A stretch of 64,000 nt of DNA from positions 434-64,433 of the forward strand of contig JAGRJR010000007.1 of NCBI GenBank assembly GCA_020442635.1, written 5' to 3'. Origin of the DNA: Lysobacterales bacterium (lineage in GTDB: Bacteria; Pseudomonadota; Gammaproteobacteria; Xanthomonadales; Marinicellaceae). This document shows, piece by piece, positions 20,491-29,612 of the stretch (position 1 is the stretch's first letter; every line of letters starts with the position of its first letter). The notes under the pieces were generated by a model that was not told where the DNA came from, did no database searches, and worked only from the letters and a program-made list of their open reading frames with translations. Both the position numbers and the translations under genes were made by a program.

Positions 20491-20790
20491 TTTGAAATCA
20501 ATAAAAGCTATCGTGGTTGGTCTTCAATCAAATTCAGTCACTTACAGTCGTTTATCCTTTGCAGCACGTTAAGGGTTTAATGCTGAATTCATTTGTTGCT
20601 CATTATATGGTTTGGATTCTGATTAAGCCACAGTTGTTGTCACAAGTTATTTTTTTAGTGTAAATGTCACCTTTTTTATGTAGGATTACCTGAGCGGAAA
20701 ATAAATTTAATTTTTTTATCAGGAATTGACCGAAAAAAAAAATCCTTCCGTTCTTTATACTAAGTAAATTAACTTTAATAGGTGAAACAA

Positions 20791-21561
20791 ATGAAAAAAA
20801 CAATGTATAAGTTAGTCGCGTTGGGTTCGTTGATGTTATCAGCGAATGTATTTGCTCAATGTGATGACACTAACTTCAACGCCTGGACTGATGCTCGTGA
20901 AGATCAAGCAGGTTCTTTAGAAGCAACTGCTCCTGGTATGGCAGGTACTGCATGTAAGATGTCTGTTCAAGCACTTGTTGACAGAGATCAAAGAGCCCGT
21001 GTTCAAGATCAATCTCCACAATGTGAAAGCTCTTACAGATCACGCTTCATGATCAATGCTGATAACATGGGTCAATTGGCTACTAACGAAAGAAATAAAG
21101 TATACAACGCACAATGCAGAAGCGGTTTGGCTGGTCACGATCCTGGTGTAACTTGTTCAAACACAGGTGTTGTTCAGTTAAAACTTCAAGGTAACGACAC
21201 TGAAGACGCTAACATCTTCCGTTCTTTTGTGATTGATGAAGGTCCAGCAACTGCTGCTGACAACAGAAGAAAATTTGACGTCGTTGTAAACTCAGGTGAT
21301 CAAGCTTTCGAAATGCAATATATTCGTGCAAGTGCTCCAGGTGCTGCTGACGGTGTATTCAGATTGTGGGCTAACGGTAACACCAACGAAGCTTCTCCAG
21401 ACATCGAGTTCACTGATCTTCAAAACTACAATACTTGTATCGATGCTGCTAACTTAGGTTCAGTTGGTCCTAACAATAACTTCGTAAGTGGTACTGCTGG
21501 TGCTGTATTAAACTTTGACGAGTTCGAATCAAGAAGACAAACTGGTATTGGTGTAAACTAA
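20791..21561 (+). CDS. secreted Cys-containing protein of unknown function, likely highly expressed
   Basis: SD AGGTGA lies 6 nt before ATG 20791. Signal peptide MKKTMYKLVALGSLMLSANVFA. Codon usage visibly differs from neighbours (ggt/gct/cgt/aac/ttc/gac rich). ~290-bp upstream spacer and a strong terminator. Confidence 0.7.
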   Translation: MKKTMYKLVALGSLMLSANVFAQCDDTNFNAWTDAREDQAGSLEATAPGMAGTACKMSVQALVDRDQRARVQDQSPQCESSYRSRFMINADNMGQLATNERNKVYNAQCRSGLAGHDPGVTCSNTGVVQLKLQGNDTEDANIFRSFVIDEGPATAADNRRKFDVVVNSGDQAFEMQYIRASAPGAADGVFRLWANGNTNEASPDIEFTDLQNYNTCIDAANLGSVGPNNNFVSGTAGAVLNFDEFESRRQTGIGVN

Positions 21562-21583
21562 TAACAGACTTCTTATAGTCAAT

Positions 21584-21619
21584 AAAAGCCTGTAGTTTTC
21601 TACAGGCTTTTTTATTTTT
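21584..21619 (+). terminator. intrinsic terminator
   Basis: AAAAGCCTGTAG-tttt-CTACAGGCTTTT followed by a T-run. Confidence 0.8.
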
Positions 21620-21658
21620 AACTTGTTAAACACTCTAAATTGGAAGGTTGGATCTAAA

Positions 21659-22462
21659 ATGTCTCGAGCCACACATGATTTTGACTTAGAGGCTCCCATT
21701 ATCATTACCGGAAGAGGTGGTTCTGGTACCCGGATGTTGTCCACCTTATTACAAAGTGTTGATTTGTTTTTAGGAAACAAAATCAATCAACAAGGTGACT
21801 CAATGGAATGGGTCAAGCTCAATCGGAACATGTTGCAACAAAATATCAGCCTTGAAAAAGGTCAATTTTCAGAAAAATGGCAACATCTTTTGAAAGAAAA
21901 TGCCCAGACAATAATAGCAACTGAGCAGGCCAAAAATCATCAGGCCTGGGGTGCAAAGTTACCAGAGTTCATGTTTTTTATTCCTGAATTAAAACAGGTG
22001 TTTCCAAAAGCAAAATTTATCCATTTAATCAGACACCCCATTCACCTTTCTCTTCGACGCAGCCATGTTTCATCAAGGCTAGGTAATGCAGTTGGGGATA
22101 TTGTTTTACCTAAAGCCTATGAATTTGCAGGTTTGCCATTTGATCCGAACAACCAACAGGAACACATAAACAATGCGGTCAGCTGGTATTATCAACTTTC
22201 ACAAGTGACAGATCATTTTGCTCAACACGTTAATCAAGGTGATTTATTGACCATCAAGTATGAAGATATATTGGTAAATCACCAAGCTGTTCTAAATTCA
22301 TTGTGTCAATTTTTAGAATTACCCAAAACCAGTGAAAGTAATTTAGTGATTGATTTAACCAGAGCCAATCAGGACATTAAGTCCCATCAACAAGCCAAAG
22401 AAGTTTGGCAAATATGTGGACAACTGGCCAAACAATTTGGCTATCGATATACACAGGCATGA
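21659..22462 (+). CDS. sulfotransferase
   Basis: IIITGRGGSGTRMLSTLL and LIRHPIHLSLRRS. ATG 21659 is preferred over TTG 21623. Confidence 0.7.
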   Translation: MSRATHDFDLEAPIIITGRGGSGTRMLSTLLQSVDLFLGNKINQQGDSMEWVKLNRNMLQQNISLEKGQFSEKWQHLLKENAQTIIATEQAKNHQAWGAKLPEFMFFIPELKQVFPKAKFIHLIRHPIHLSLRRSHVSSRLGNAVGDIVLPKAYEFAGLPFDPNNQQEHINNAVSWYYQLSQVTDHFAQHVNQGDLLTIKYEDILVNHQAVLNSLCQFLELPKTSESNLVIDLTRANQDIKSHQQAKEVWQICGQLAKQFGYRYTQA

Positions 22463-23298
22463 CTTTGAGAGTATTTACCAATCAACTTATTGTAATTGCA
22501 GGTTGTCAACGCAGTGGTACAACCCTGACGGGTCAAATTCTTGGCGCGCATGAAAAATGCTTCTTGTTAGACGAAACAGATAAATTTTACGTTTGGTTTG
22601 ATGCTTTTGTTGCAGGAAATAAGGAACACCCACAACAACTGAATGAAAGTATCTGTCATGCTGCAGGTAAATACCTGGATCACAGAAATCAATTTCGTTC
22701 CATTGAGGACCTCAGCGGTTATGACATCGTGCTTAAGGCTCCCAACCTCAGTTTTCATTATCATGAATTGTCGATGATTCATCCCAAGCCGATAATCATT
22801 TATCCTGTCAGAGATGTCAGGGGAGTGGTTGCCAGCATGCTTAAATTCAAAAAGATGAATCCACGTCAAACTGATTTTTTTTCCAATAATAATTTCATTG
22901 AAAAGAACTATCCGGATGAATTGAAGTTATTGAAATCAACTTCGGTAGCTGATCATTGCAAGTCAGCCATAATCTGGAAAATTAAATCCATGCTGTATGT
23001 TAAGTTTGAGGCTTGTGGTTTAAACCCCTTTGTCTTTAAGTATGAGAATCTGGTGCATCATCAACAACAAATGTGCCAAAAAATGGCTGAACATTGTGGG
23101 CTCGAATTTGCACCAAACATGCTGGCTTATTACCGCGTTTTGGCTGGTAAAGGACCGGGTAAAACTTTACGTTCAAGAAAAATTGACGATGTTTCTATGT
23201 CTAAGTGGAAAAATGATCTGACGCCCAATCAAGTCAAAGATGTGATGGCAATAGCAGCAGCAGCCAATTTACATTTTTCAAAAGCTTTGGCGCATTAA
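22459..23298 (+). CDS. sulfotransferase
   Basis: IVIAGCQRSGTTLTGQIL and YPVRDVRGVVASM. ATG 22459 forms an ATGA overlap with the upstream stop. Confidence 0.7.
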   Translation: MTLRVFTNQLIVIAGCQRSGTTLTGQILGAHEKCFLLDETDKFYVWFDAFVAGNKEHPQQLNESICHAAGKYLDHRNQFRSIEDLSGYDIVLKAPNLSFHYHELSMIHPKPIIIYPVRDVRGVVASMLKFKKMNPRQTDFFSNNNFIEKNYPDELKLLKSTSVADHCKSAIIWKIKSMLYVKFEACGLNPFVFKYENLVHHQQQMCQKMAEHCGLEFAPNMLAYYRVLAGKGPGKTLRSRKIDDVSMSKWKNDLTPNQVKDVMAIAAAANLHFSKALAH

Positions 23299-23323
23299 CT
23301 GTATAGAGATTTATAAAAAAACA

Positions 23324-24316
23324 ATGAAAGCTGGGGACGTATTAAAACCTTTGGGAAATCTTAAATTTATACCGGATTGGTTTAATCATGAAGTTGAAAT
23401 TTCAGACCACACCATCTCTGTTCATCATCAAATAAAGTGCTTTCCTGCTGATATCACAAAGCCAAACAATACAATCCCTTACAGTTTTTATGACAGCAAA
23501 AATATTCCTGTTACTGCAGCCAATCATTTCAGAGGATATGAAGAAAACGATTTTGAGTTTGTAGATAACAGGCATATAGATGCTGAAATAAGGCAAAAGC
23601 TAGCTGGAAAGTCGTTATACCTGGGGTGGCTTTTTTCTCATTACGGACACTTTTTAACAGAGTCATTATCACGGTTATGGGTGATTGAAGAAGTTGACTT
23701 TCAAGGTTTTGATTATTTTTTGTTTAACTACAAACAAAACAAGAAAGGCGATATCCTAAAGGCCCAATTCATTTGGGACACTCTGGCTAAATTAGGTATT
23801 AATAAAGAAAAAGTGGTGTTAATTGATGACTGTTACACCATAGAAGAGCTGCACATTCCTACTCAAGCATTGGTTTTGCGAAGTGGTGTATCTAAAAAAA
23901 TGAATTCAGTGTGGAGCCAAGTTTCTAAACCAAACGCGCATCCTCATTTAAAAACCTACATATCCAGAACGGAGATTCCCAGACGGGCACTACAAAACGA
24001 AATCGATTTACAAAACGCCTTAAAAGAGAAAGGTTTTAAAGTGATTGCCCCTCAGAACATGTCGTTCGAAGATCAGTTGGCGATTTATGCCAAGACAAAA
24101 TTGCTGGTCAGTCCGGCAGGAACTGGCTTACACAATGCAGTTTTTATGCCTAAAAACACCCGCATCATCAGCATCACCCATGAGGATTTTCTATTAATTA
24201 ATGAATTGCTGTGTTGTTATGCCTCAGAGGTAGATTATCAGGTTTATTTAACTGAATCTGTGCAAACAGATGGGCAATGGAGCGTTGATATCAAAGATTT
24301 TTTGGCTTACCTTTGA
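23324..24316 (+). CDS. glycosyltransferase, GT61/DUF563-like
   Basis: SHYGHFLTESLSRLW and C-terminal SPAGTGLHNAVFMP resemble GT61/DUF563 family motifs. This is from memory, not searched. Confidence 0.55.
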   Translation: MKAGDVLKPLGNLKFIPDWFNHEVEISDHTISVHHQIKCFPADITKPNNTIPYSFYDSKNIPVTAANHFRGYEENDFEFVDNRHIDAEIRQKLAGKSLYLGWLFSHYGHFLTESLSRLWVIEEVDFQGFDYFLFNYKQNKKGDILKAQFIWDTLAKLGINKEKVVLIDDCYTIEELHIPTQALVLRSGVSKKMNSVWSQVSKPNAHPHLKTYISRTEIPRRALQNEIDLQNALKEKGFKVIAPQNMSFEDQLAIYAKTKLLVSPAGTGLHNAVFMPKNTRIISITHEDFLLINELLCCYASEVDYQVYLTESVQTDGQWSVDIKDFLAYL

Positions 24317-25158
24317 CTGATTTCAGACATTAATTTTTCAATGTCTTGTTTGTTATAGAAGTTCCACATAGAACCTTCACTGACTAAAAGTTTCTCACCG
24401 AGCTTTAACATCAAATTGTGATCATACAGATCATTCAGGTTTTTGTTCCTAAGCCTTTCATTCAATGTTTCAGCACCAGGTATCATTTTTTTTAGTATGT
24501 TTCCACCACTGCTAACGACATCCTCGTAACGAATGATGTGCGCATTGGATAAGGATGAAAAACGCTCAAAAAACCAGGACATAATAGTGATTTGTCGTTC
24601 TACCACGTCGTGAGTTTGATTGACTTGAGCTGAAAGTTCCGGATTAACTTTTTCGGCGGCAGGAATGTGACCACGATTGATGGGTAGTTTTACACTGCTC
24701 CAGGAAGCCAATAAGGACAAAGGATTTCTGATGATGGCATAACAAGGGTACAAAGCATTGAGCTGATTCAAAAGTTGACTGAAAATGGCATTGTGCTTTA
24801 TGCATAACTTGAAATTGGCATGTAATTTTTTATTTATATCAAACAAACCCTTTTGAGCCCCTTCTGACATTTGTCTGAGTCCGTTTGGGTCTTTGGAGCT
24901 GGCCATGTGATTGTCTGGCACGGCATCATTAATTAAAAGTGAAACAGCTTGTTTTTGTTCTAATATTTGCTTGCTGGTGTGATTAAAAAATGAGGCAATG
25001 TTTTCTAGGATTTGCTGTTCATTCAGTGCTTTGAAGTTTTTAATTTTAATGGGTTCATTCAGTGCCACAGCATTGTCAACTTTGTTGATTAAATGACATA
25101 CCAGGGTGGTTCCTGATCTGGGTAAGCCAGTGATGACAATGTGATTAGGGTTCTTCAT
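24307..25158 (-). CDS. sulfotransferase
   Basis: IVITGLPRSGTTLVCHLI and IIRNPLSLLASW. Confidence 0.75.
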   Translation of the reverse strand: MKNPNHIVITGLPRSGTTLVCHLINKVDNAVALNEPIKIKNFKALNEQQILENIASFFNHTSKQILEQKQAVSLLINDAVPDNHMASSKDPNGLRQMSEGAQKGLFDINKKLHANFKLCIKHNAIFSQLLNQLNALYPCYAIIRNPLSLLASWSSVKLPINRGHIPAAEKVNPELSAQVNQTHDVVERQITIMSWFFERFSSLSNAHIIRYEDVVSSGGNILKKMIPGAETLNERLRNKNLNDLYDHNLMLKLGEKLLVSEGSMWNFYNKQDIEKLMSEISQR

Positions 25159-25179
25159 TATAATTTTTAAGCGTTTAGT

Positions 25180-26136
25180 TCAATTGAATTGCCAGAGCTT
25201 GTCACTTTGGTTCATGATATCAATGAATTTTTCACGCTCTCGTTCTAGGGTGTATTCACTGGAAGTCCGGGCTGCTGTTTGTAGCATCTTATGTTTAGTT
25301 GATGAGTCCATATTTAATGCCAGGTTAATGGATTGAATAAAAGCTTCAAGTGTATAGCTTTCAGGAATGATACATGTTTCTGAATCGCGACAGAAACTTT
25401 GGTTGCCTATACAGTCCGGACAAATGACCAAAGACTGTAAAGCCATGGCCTCAATGGCAGGCAGGTAAAAACCTTCGGTTGGGTTGGGTAAAAAAACCGC
25501 TATGGCGTTGTTATTAATGGCAGCAAGGTAATCAAGCTGAGACAGTTTACTATTAATTAATCGAACCTCGATGCCTTTTGCACGAAGCCTTTCAGCCAGT
25601 TCATCCCCAAATGCAGGGTTTTTAAGCGCCAGAATCAAAACCGATTGATGTTTATCTGCATGCACTAAGGAAGACAGTGTTTTGGGTATGCTGAAACCAT
25701 TCGGTATCGAAAAAACAGGACCATTCACTTGTTTACTTGCTAATAAAGCTTGCTTAACTTCATCACTGACACAAATTCGAATGGCCTTGTTGCTTAAGTA
25801 TTGATACAAAGGGTTTTTGGGGTTGGCGTGTCTGACATGCTGAATAAAGTTAATGATGGGTTTTTGGGGATCAAATTTAATCGGCATTTCCCAGTCCTTA
25901 CCAGCAAGAAAATAAATATCTGGATTAATACTGTTCAGTTCCTTGATGACTTTGTTTTTGACATTGATAAATGGGTTATTTGCGTCCCAAATGCTATCCG
26001 CTGTGAAGTAAACATAAGGATCAAAACGTTTGCTATTCAGCAAGTGAGTAAAATAATGCCAGACTTTCAGATGACCGCCAGTGAACATTCGATAATTTCG
26101 AAAAAATAAAACTTTTTGGTTGTCTGAGTTGTTCAT
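25180..26136 (-). CDS. glycosyltransferase family 4-like (GT-B)
   Basis: E-x7-E motif TEGFYLPAIEAMA in the C-terminal half. Confidence 0.65.
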   Translation of the reverse strand: MNNSDNQKVLFFRNYRMFTGGHLKVWHYFTHLLNSKRFDPYVYFTADSIWDANNPFINVKNKVIKELNSINPDIYFLAGKDWEMPIKFDPQKPIINFIQHVRHANPKNPLYQYLSNKAIRICVSDEVKQALLASKQVNGPVFSIPNGFSIPKTLSSLVHADKHQSVLILALKNPAFGDELAERLRAKGIEVRLINSKLSQLDYLAAINNNAIAVFLPNPTEGFYLPAIEAMALQSLVICPDCIGNQSFCRDSETCIIPESYTLEAFIQSINLALNMDSSTKHKMLQTAARTSSEYTLEREREKFIDIMNQSDKLWQFN

Positions 26137-26168
26137 TGTTTCGGTCTAATCTGTTTTGCCTGTCTGCT

Positions 26169-27176
26169 TCAAGGTTTGCGACTGACCAATTGAATGATGA
26201 TTTTACCTTCATCTGAATGTCTGGCAGCATCAAACAATTGGTCAATTTGCTGTTTGAACTGCAGGATTGTTGCTTGGTGTTCGCTGGAATCAGTGTTGAT
26301 TTCAGGCATCGGACATTCACCAATTAAATAATTTAAGTAAGCATAAAAATAGGTGCCAAGTATTTTTTTAAAGACAATCTCATCTCTGGACCTGACATTG
26401 AATTTGGTGTCTGCGGACTCAAGTTTTGCCGTTTTAATGCTTTTACTTATCAAATCATAATCAACAAAACCCTTGTTCAGATACCTTCCACTCATTCCAC
26501 CTATGTGTACCAGACCGTCAATGTTTTGGTATTGTTTGGAAAAATTTAAATGATGCATGAGCACGCTCAATAGCTTGCCGGTATCAAACATTTCAAAGCT
26601 AATGTTGTAGGTATTAATCACATGACGTGCTGAATCGGGAATTTGCTCAATCGAGCGGTATTGTTCAAATCCGACACCAAAAGTATCCATAGTATGAGCC
26701 AAAGCAGTTCTTTTATAGATGCAAAAGAATGATGAGGCCAAAGGAATTTTACCATCATGGCTGACGGTGGTTGCTCCCCCTTTGAAGCCTGAATAAATCG
26801 AGTCAACATCATTCTCCATGCGGCTGCATGATGAAAAAACGGCATCATTTCCAAGCAAATCATAAACTCCTGTAGTGACTTTCTCAAAAGCAAATATGTC
26901 GGGATCCATAAAACAGAACAATTCATGGCTTTCATTAAAAAACAACAAATCAAGCAATGTTCCATGCGGTAAAATTGATTCACTTTCAACATTCAGAAAA
27001 TTTAGTCGGTTTGAAGTTTCACAAATCTGCTTTAACAAGGCTGACTCTTGATTGCCTAAAGCATTTCCAACCAACCTGAATTTGTATGGGGTATTTAATA
27101 ACAGACTGATTAATGGAAGGGATTGGAAGCTAACTGTGTCAGGTAAAAATATGATGTTGAATATGGGCTCTTTCAT
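26169..27176 (-). CDS. putative GT-A-fold glycosyltransferase
   Basis: D-x-D-like FMDPDIF after an N-terminal beta-alpha-beta segment. ATG 27176 is preferred over TTG 27203. Weak assignment. Confidence 0.4.
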   Translation of the reverse strand: MKEPIFNIIFLPDTVSFQSLPLISLLLNTPYKFRLVGNALGNQESALLKQICETSNRLNFLNVESESILPHGTLLDLLFFNESHELFCFMDPDIFAFEKVTTGVYDLLGNDAVFSSCSRMENDVDSIYSGFKGGATTVSHDGKIPLASSFFCIYKRTALAHTMDTFGVGFEQYRSIEQIPDSARHVINTYNISFEMFDTGKLLSVLMHHLNFSKQYQNIDGLVHIGGMSGRYLNKGFVDYDLISKSIKTAKLESADTKFNVRSRDEIVFKKILGTYFYAYLNYLIGECPMPEINTDSSEHQATILQFKQQIDQLFDAARHSDEGKIIIQLVSRKP

Positions 27177-27239
27177 TGGGCAGTAACAAATCAGTCGTAG
27201 CAAATGTTACAATATAACGTCAATTGATGATATACCTAC

Positions 27240-27698
27240 ATGAAACTATTCAGTATAAAGTCCTGCGTGATTGTTTGCTTCGATCATGAAATCAAAGACC
27301 ACATCGATCTTGCCAAGCAGATGGCTCGAATCAATCCGAAACTGGAGCTTTTGTTGCTGTGTGTTTTTCAGGGTAAGCAGCAGGCTGAAAAATTTCATGA
27401 TGCAGGTTTCCCTGAAAACTTGAACTTAATCAGGTACCCTTGTAACCGAACATTCGATGCGACTTTTGCGCTGATTTGTTTTTTTCTGAAACAAAGCAGA
27501 CAACAGATTTTGGTGCTAAAACGACCGATAGCTATTCAAATACCCAAAAGAAAATGGGTTTTAAGATCCAAGGGGATTAATAAGGTTTCAATCAACAAAG
27601 AGACTTCTGGGGTTCTGTTGCTAAAAAATAAGCTGATAATCAGTCAGCAAAATGACATCAATACCAGTCAGTCTCTCAAACCACATGTATCAGTTTAG
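27240..27698 (+). CDS. hypothetical protein
   Basis: 152-aa ORF filling the gap between flanking genes. No motif recognised. Confidence 0.35.
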   Translation: MKLFSIKSCVIVCFDHEIKDHIDLAKQMARINPKLELLLLCVFQGKQQAEKFHDAGFPENLNLIRYPCNRTFDATFALICFFLKQSRQQILVLKRPIAIQIPKRKWVLRSKGINKVSINKETSGVLLLKNKLIISQQNDINTSQSLKPHVSV

Positions 27699-27713
27699 AT
27701 AATCAATAGTAAA

Positions 27714-28490
27714 ATGACCATATCTTTAAGCCGTTCTGAAATTCAATCTATTGTTGAAAAAACTGATGTCTCAAGATTAGCTCAAATCAAAAACCTGATT
27801 TTGTTTGTCGGTCACGCACACAGTGGTCACAGTATTGTGGGGTCAATTCTGGATTCGCACTCAGACATCGCCTTAGCCAATGAAGTCAACATTGCCAAAT
27901 TAATTGTTGATCATGACCTAACCCAGCAAGAAATCACTTCTGTTCTGTTATATTTTTCATTTCAGAACAGCAATGAAAAGGGTTGGAAGAATTCTGAATA
28001 TCAGTACAAACATGATAAGGGATTTCAGGGAGAAACCAGCCATCCGTTGATTTTAGGCGATAAAAAAGCAGGCGGTACAACAAGAATTTTGATTAAGCAT
28101 GATTGGCTGCTCAATCATTTAATTGATATGTTTAAAGAAAAAATCAAGTTTATTTTTGTAAGAAGAAACCCGCTTGATGTAGTGGCCGCTTATTCTTACT
28201 ATATGAATCAGCCACCCTGTCAATTTCATGTTGACAGGTACCTAGAAAATTATCAAATGGTAAAAACCATCTCCCAAAAAGTTCATTCCAATCAGTTCAT
28301 TGAAGTCTCCCAAGAACGTTTTGTTCATGAGCCTGCACGAGTGATGGTGCCAGTGTTTGAAAAAATTTCCATACCCGTTCAACCTGAACAATTAAAGCAA
28401 TGGGTTTCGAGTGTCAGATCTGATATCAAAGGTAAAAGTGAGACCATAAAAATTCCAGAGACCTTACGAGTTCAATTGCCCGTTTTTTAA
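27714..28490 (+). CDS. sulfotransferase (degenerate PAPS loop)
   Basis: ILFVGHAHSGHSIVGSIL (His replaces the usual Lys/Arg) and VRRNPLDVVAAYS. Confidence 0.6.
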   Translation: MTISLSRSEIQSIVEKTDVSRLAQIKNLILFVGHAHSGHSIVGSILDSHSDIALANEVNIAKLIVDHDLTQQEITSVLLYFSFQNSNEKGWKNSEYQYKHDKGFQGETSHPLILGDKKAGGTTRILIKHDWLLNHLIDMFKEKIKFIFVRRNPLDVVAAYSYYMNQPPCQFHVDRYLENYQMVKTISQKVHSNQFIEVSQERFVHEPARVMVPVFEKISIPVQPEQLKQWVSSVRSDIKGKSETIKIPETLRVQLPVF

Positions 28491-28534
28491 TCGGATGTTG
28501 AATTTTTCACGTTTTTTCTCTGTACCACTTTGTT

Positions 28535-28543
28535 TGTTATAAT
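28535..28543 (+). promoter_or_regulatory. candidate extended -10 promoter (TGtTATAAT)
   Basis: TGTTATAAT lies 27 nt upstream of GTG 28570. No good -35. Confidence 0.35.
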
Positions 28544-28569
28544 GCCCTAACTTTTAAGAAGCTATCTGA

Positions 28570-29496
28570 GTGAAGTCTGTGGAAAATTACATTGTTTTCT
28601 GTGTTGAAAACGGCCTATTAGAGCAACAAGGGATTCTGCTGGCTCATTCAATCAATCGATATCTGTATCCACAATATAAAGCCATTGCGTTTTCTCCCAG
28701 GTCTGGTCACTTTATGTCTGATGAAACTGCATTGGTTTTAGATAGCTTGAATGTCATTGTTAGAAAAGAGCACCTCAATGAGCGGTTTAACCATTATCCA
28801 ATTGCCAATAAACTGCTGGTGATGAGCCATCTTGAAAAGCAATTGAATTGTGATGGTCTGATGTTTCTAGATACAGATACCCTGGTCACCAATAACTTTC
28901 ATATACCAAATGATAAACAGTTGTTGCTAAGGCCTGTGGATAATAAGGGTCCCGGAACTACCGGTGATACGGATGAAAATGATGTATTTTGGCAAGATGT
29001 ATTTGACCTTTTTGAGCTGCCTATAGCTGCGCCAACTGTCATAACCACAGTTGATCAAACACTGATTCGAGGTTATTTCAATGCAGGTCTGGTTTGGACC
29101 AGTGGTTTGACGAATTTTTATCAACAGTGGGAACAGGATTTTCTTAAATTGGTTGACTCAGGTTTGAGACCTCAAAAGTACCAATCCAAAGATGGTAATG
29201 ACTTCAGGTGTCTTGATCAAGTAGCTTTGGCTGTGACTGCAGTCAGATATCAGCAACATTTGAACTTGTTGCCTGAAACCTACAATTATCCACTTCCGTT
29301 TAAGCCCAGGTTACAAGCGCGAACTGGTCATCCCACACTGAATGAATTGACTCACATTCATTATCATAAATGGTTTCAACATCCCGATTTCTTGGACCAC
29401 ATCACTTCTGAACAGGAAAAACAATCTGAACAGTATCAATGGTTGAAATCACAATTGCCCTTACAACCAGAAATCAGTGGGCCATTTAAGTGTTAA
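28570..29496 (+). CDS. putative nucleotide-diphospho-sugar transferase (GT8-like)
   Basis: FLDTDTLV D-x-D motif in a GT-A-like context. GTG start. Confidence 0.45.
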   Translation: MKSVENYIVFCVENGLLEQQGILLAHSINRYLYPQYKAIAFSPRSGHFMSDETALVLDSLNVIVRKEHLNERFNHYPIANKLLVMSHLEKQLNCDGLMFLDTDTLVTNNFHIPNDKQLLLRPVDNKGPGTTGDTDENDVFWQDVFDLFELPIAAPTVITTVDQTLIRGYFNAGLVWTSGLTNFYQQWEQDFLKLVDSGLRPQKYQSKDGNDFRCLDQVALAVTAVRYQQHLNLLPETYNYPLPFKPRLQARTGHPTLNELTHIHYHKWFQHPDFLDHITSEQEKQSEQYQWLKSQLPLQPEISGPFKC

Positions 29497-29612
29497 CACT
29501 GAAAGTTTTCAGTTTGAATGAGCTCAATTTCTAATAAAACATAAACCATTTCATCCGTGAAGTTCAGGGCAAATCAGTCTAAAATGGTGAACTTTAAATC
29601 TTTGATTTCACT

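Noticed and set aside
20726-20761. TTGACC ... TATACT as a sigma-70 promoter for the abundant secreted protein
   Set aside because: The spacer is 24 nt, too long for a canonical promoter. The true promoter was not identified.
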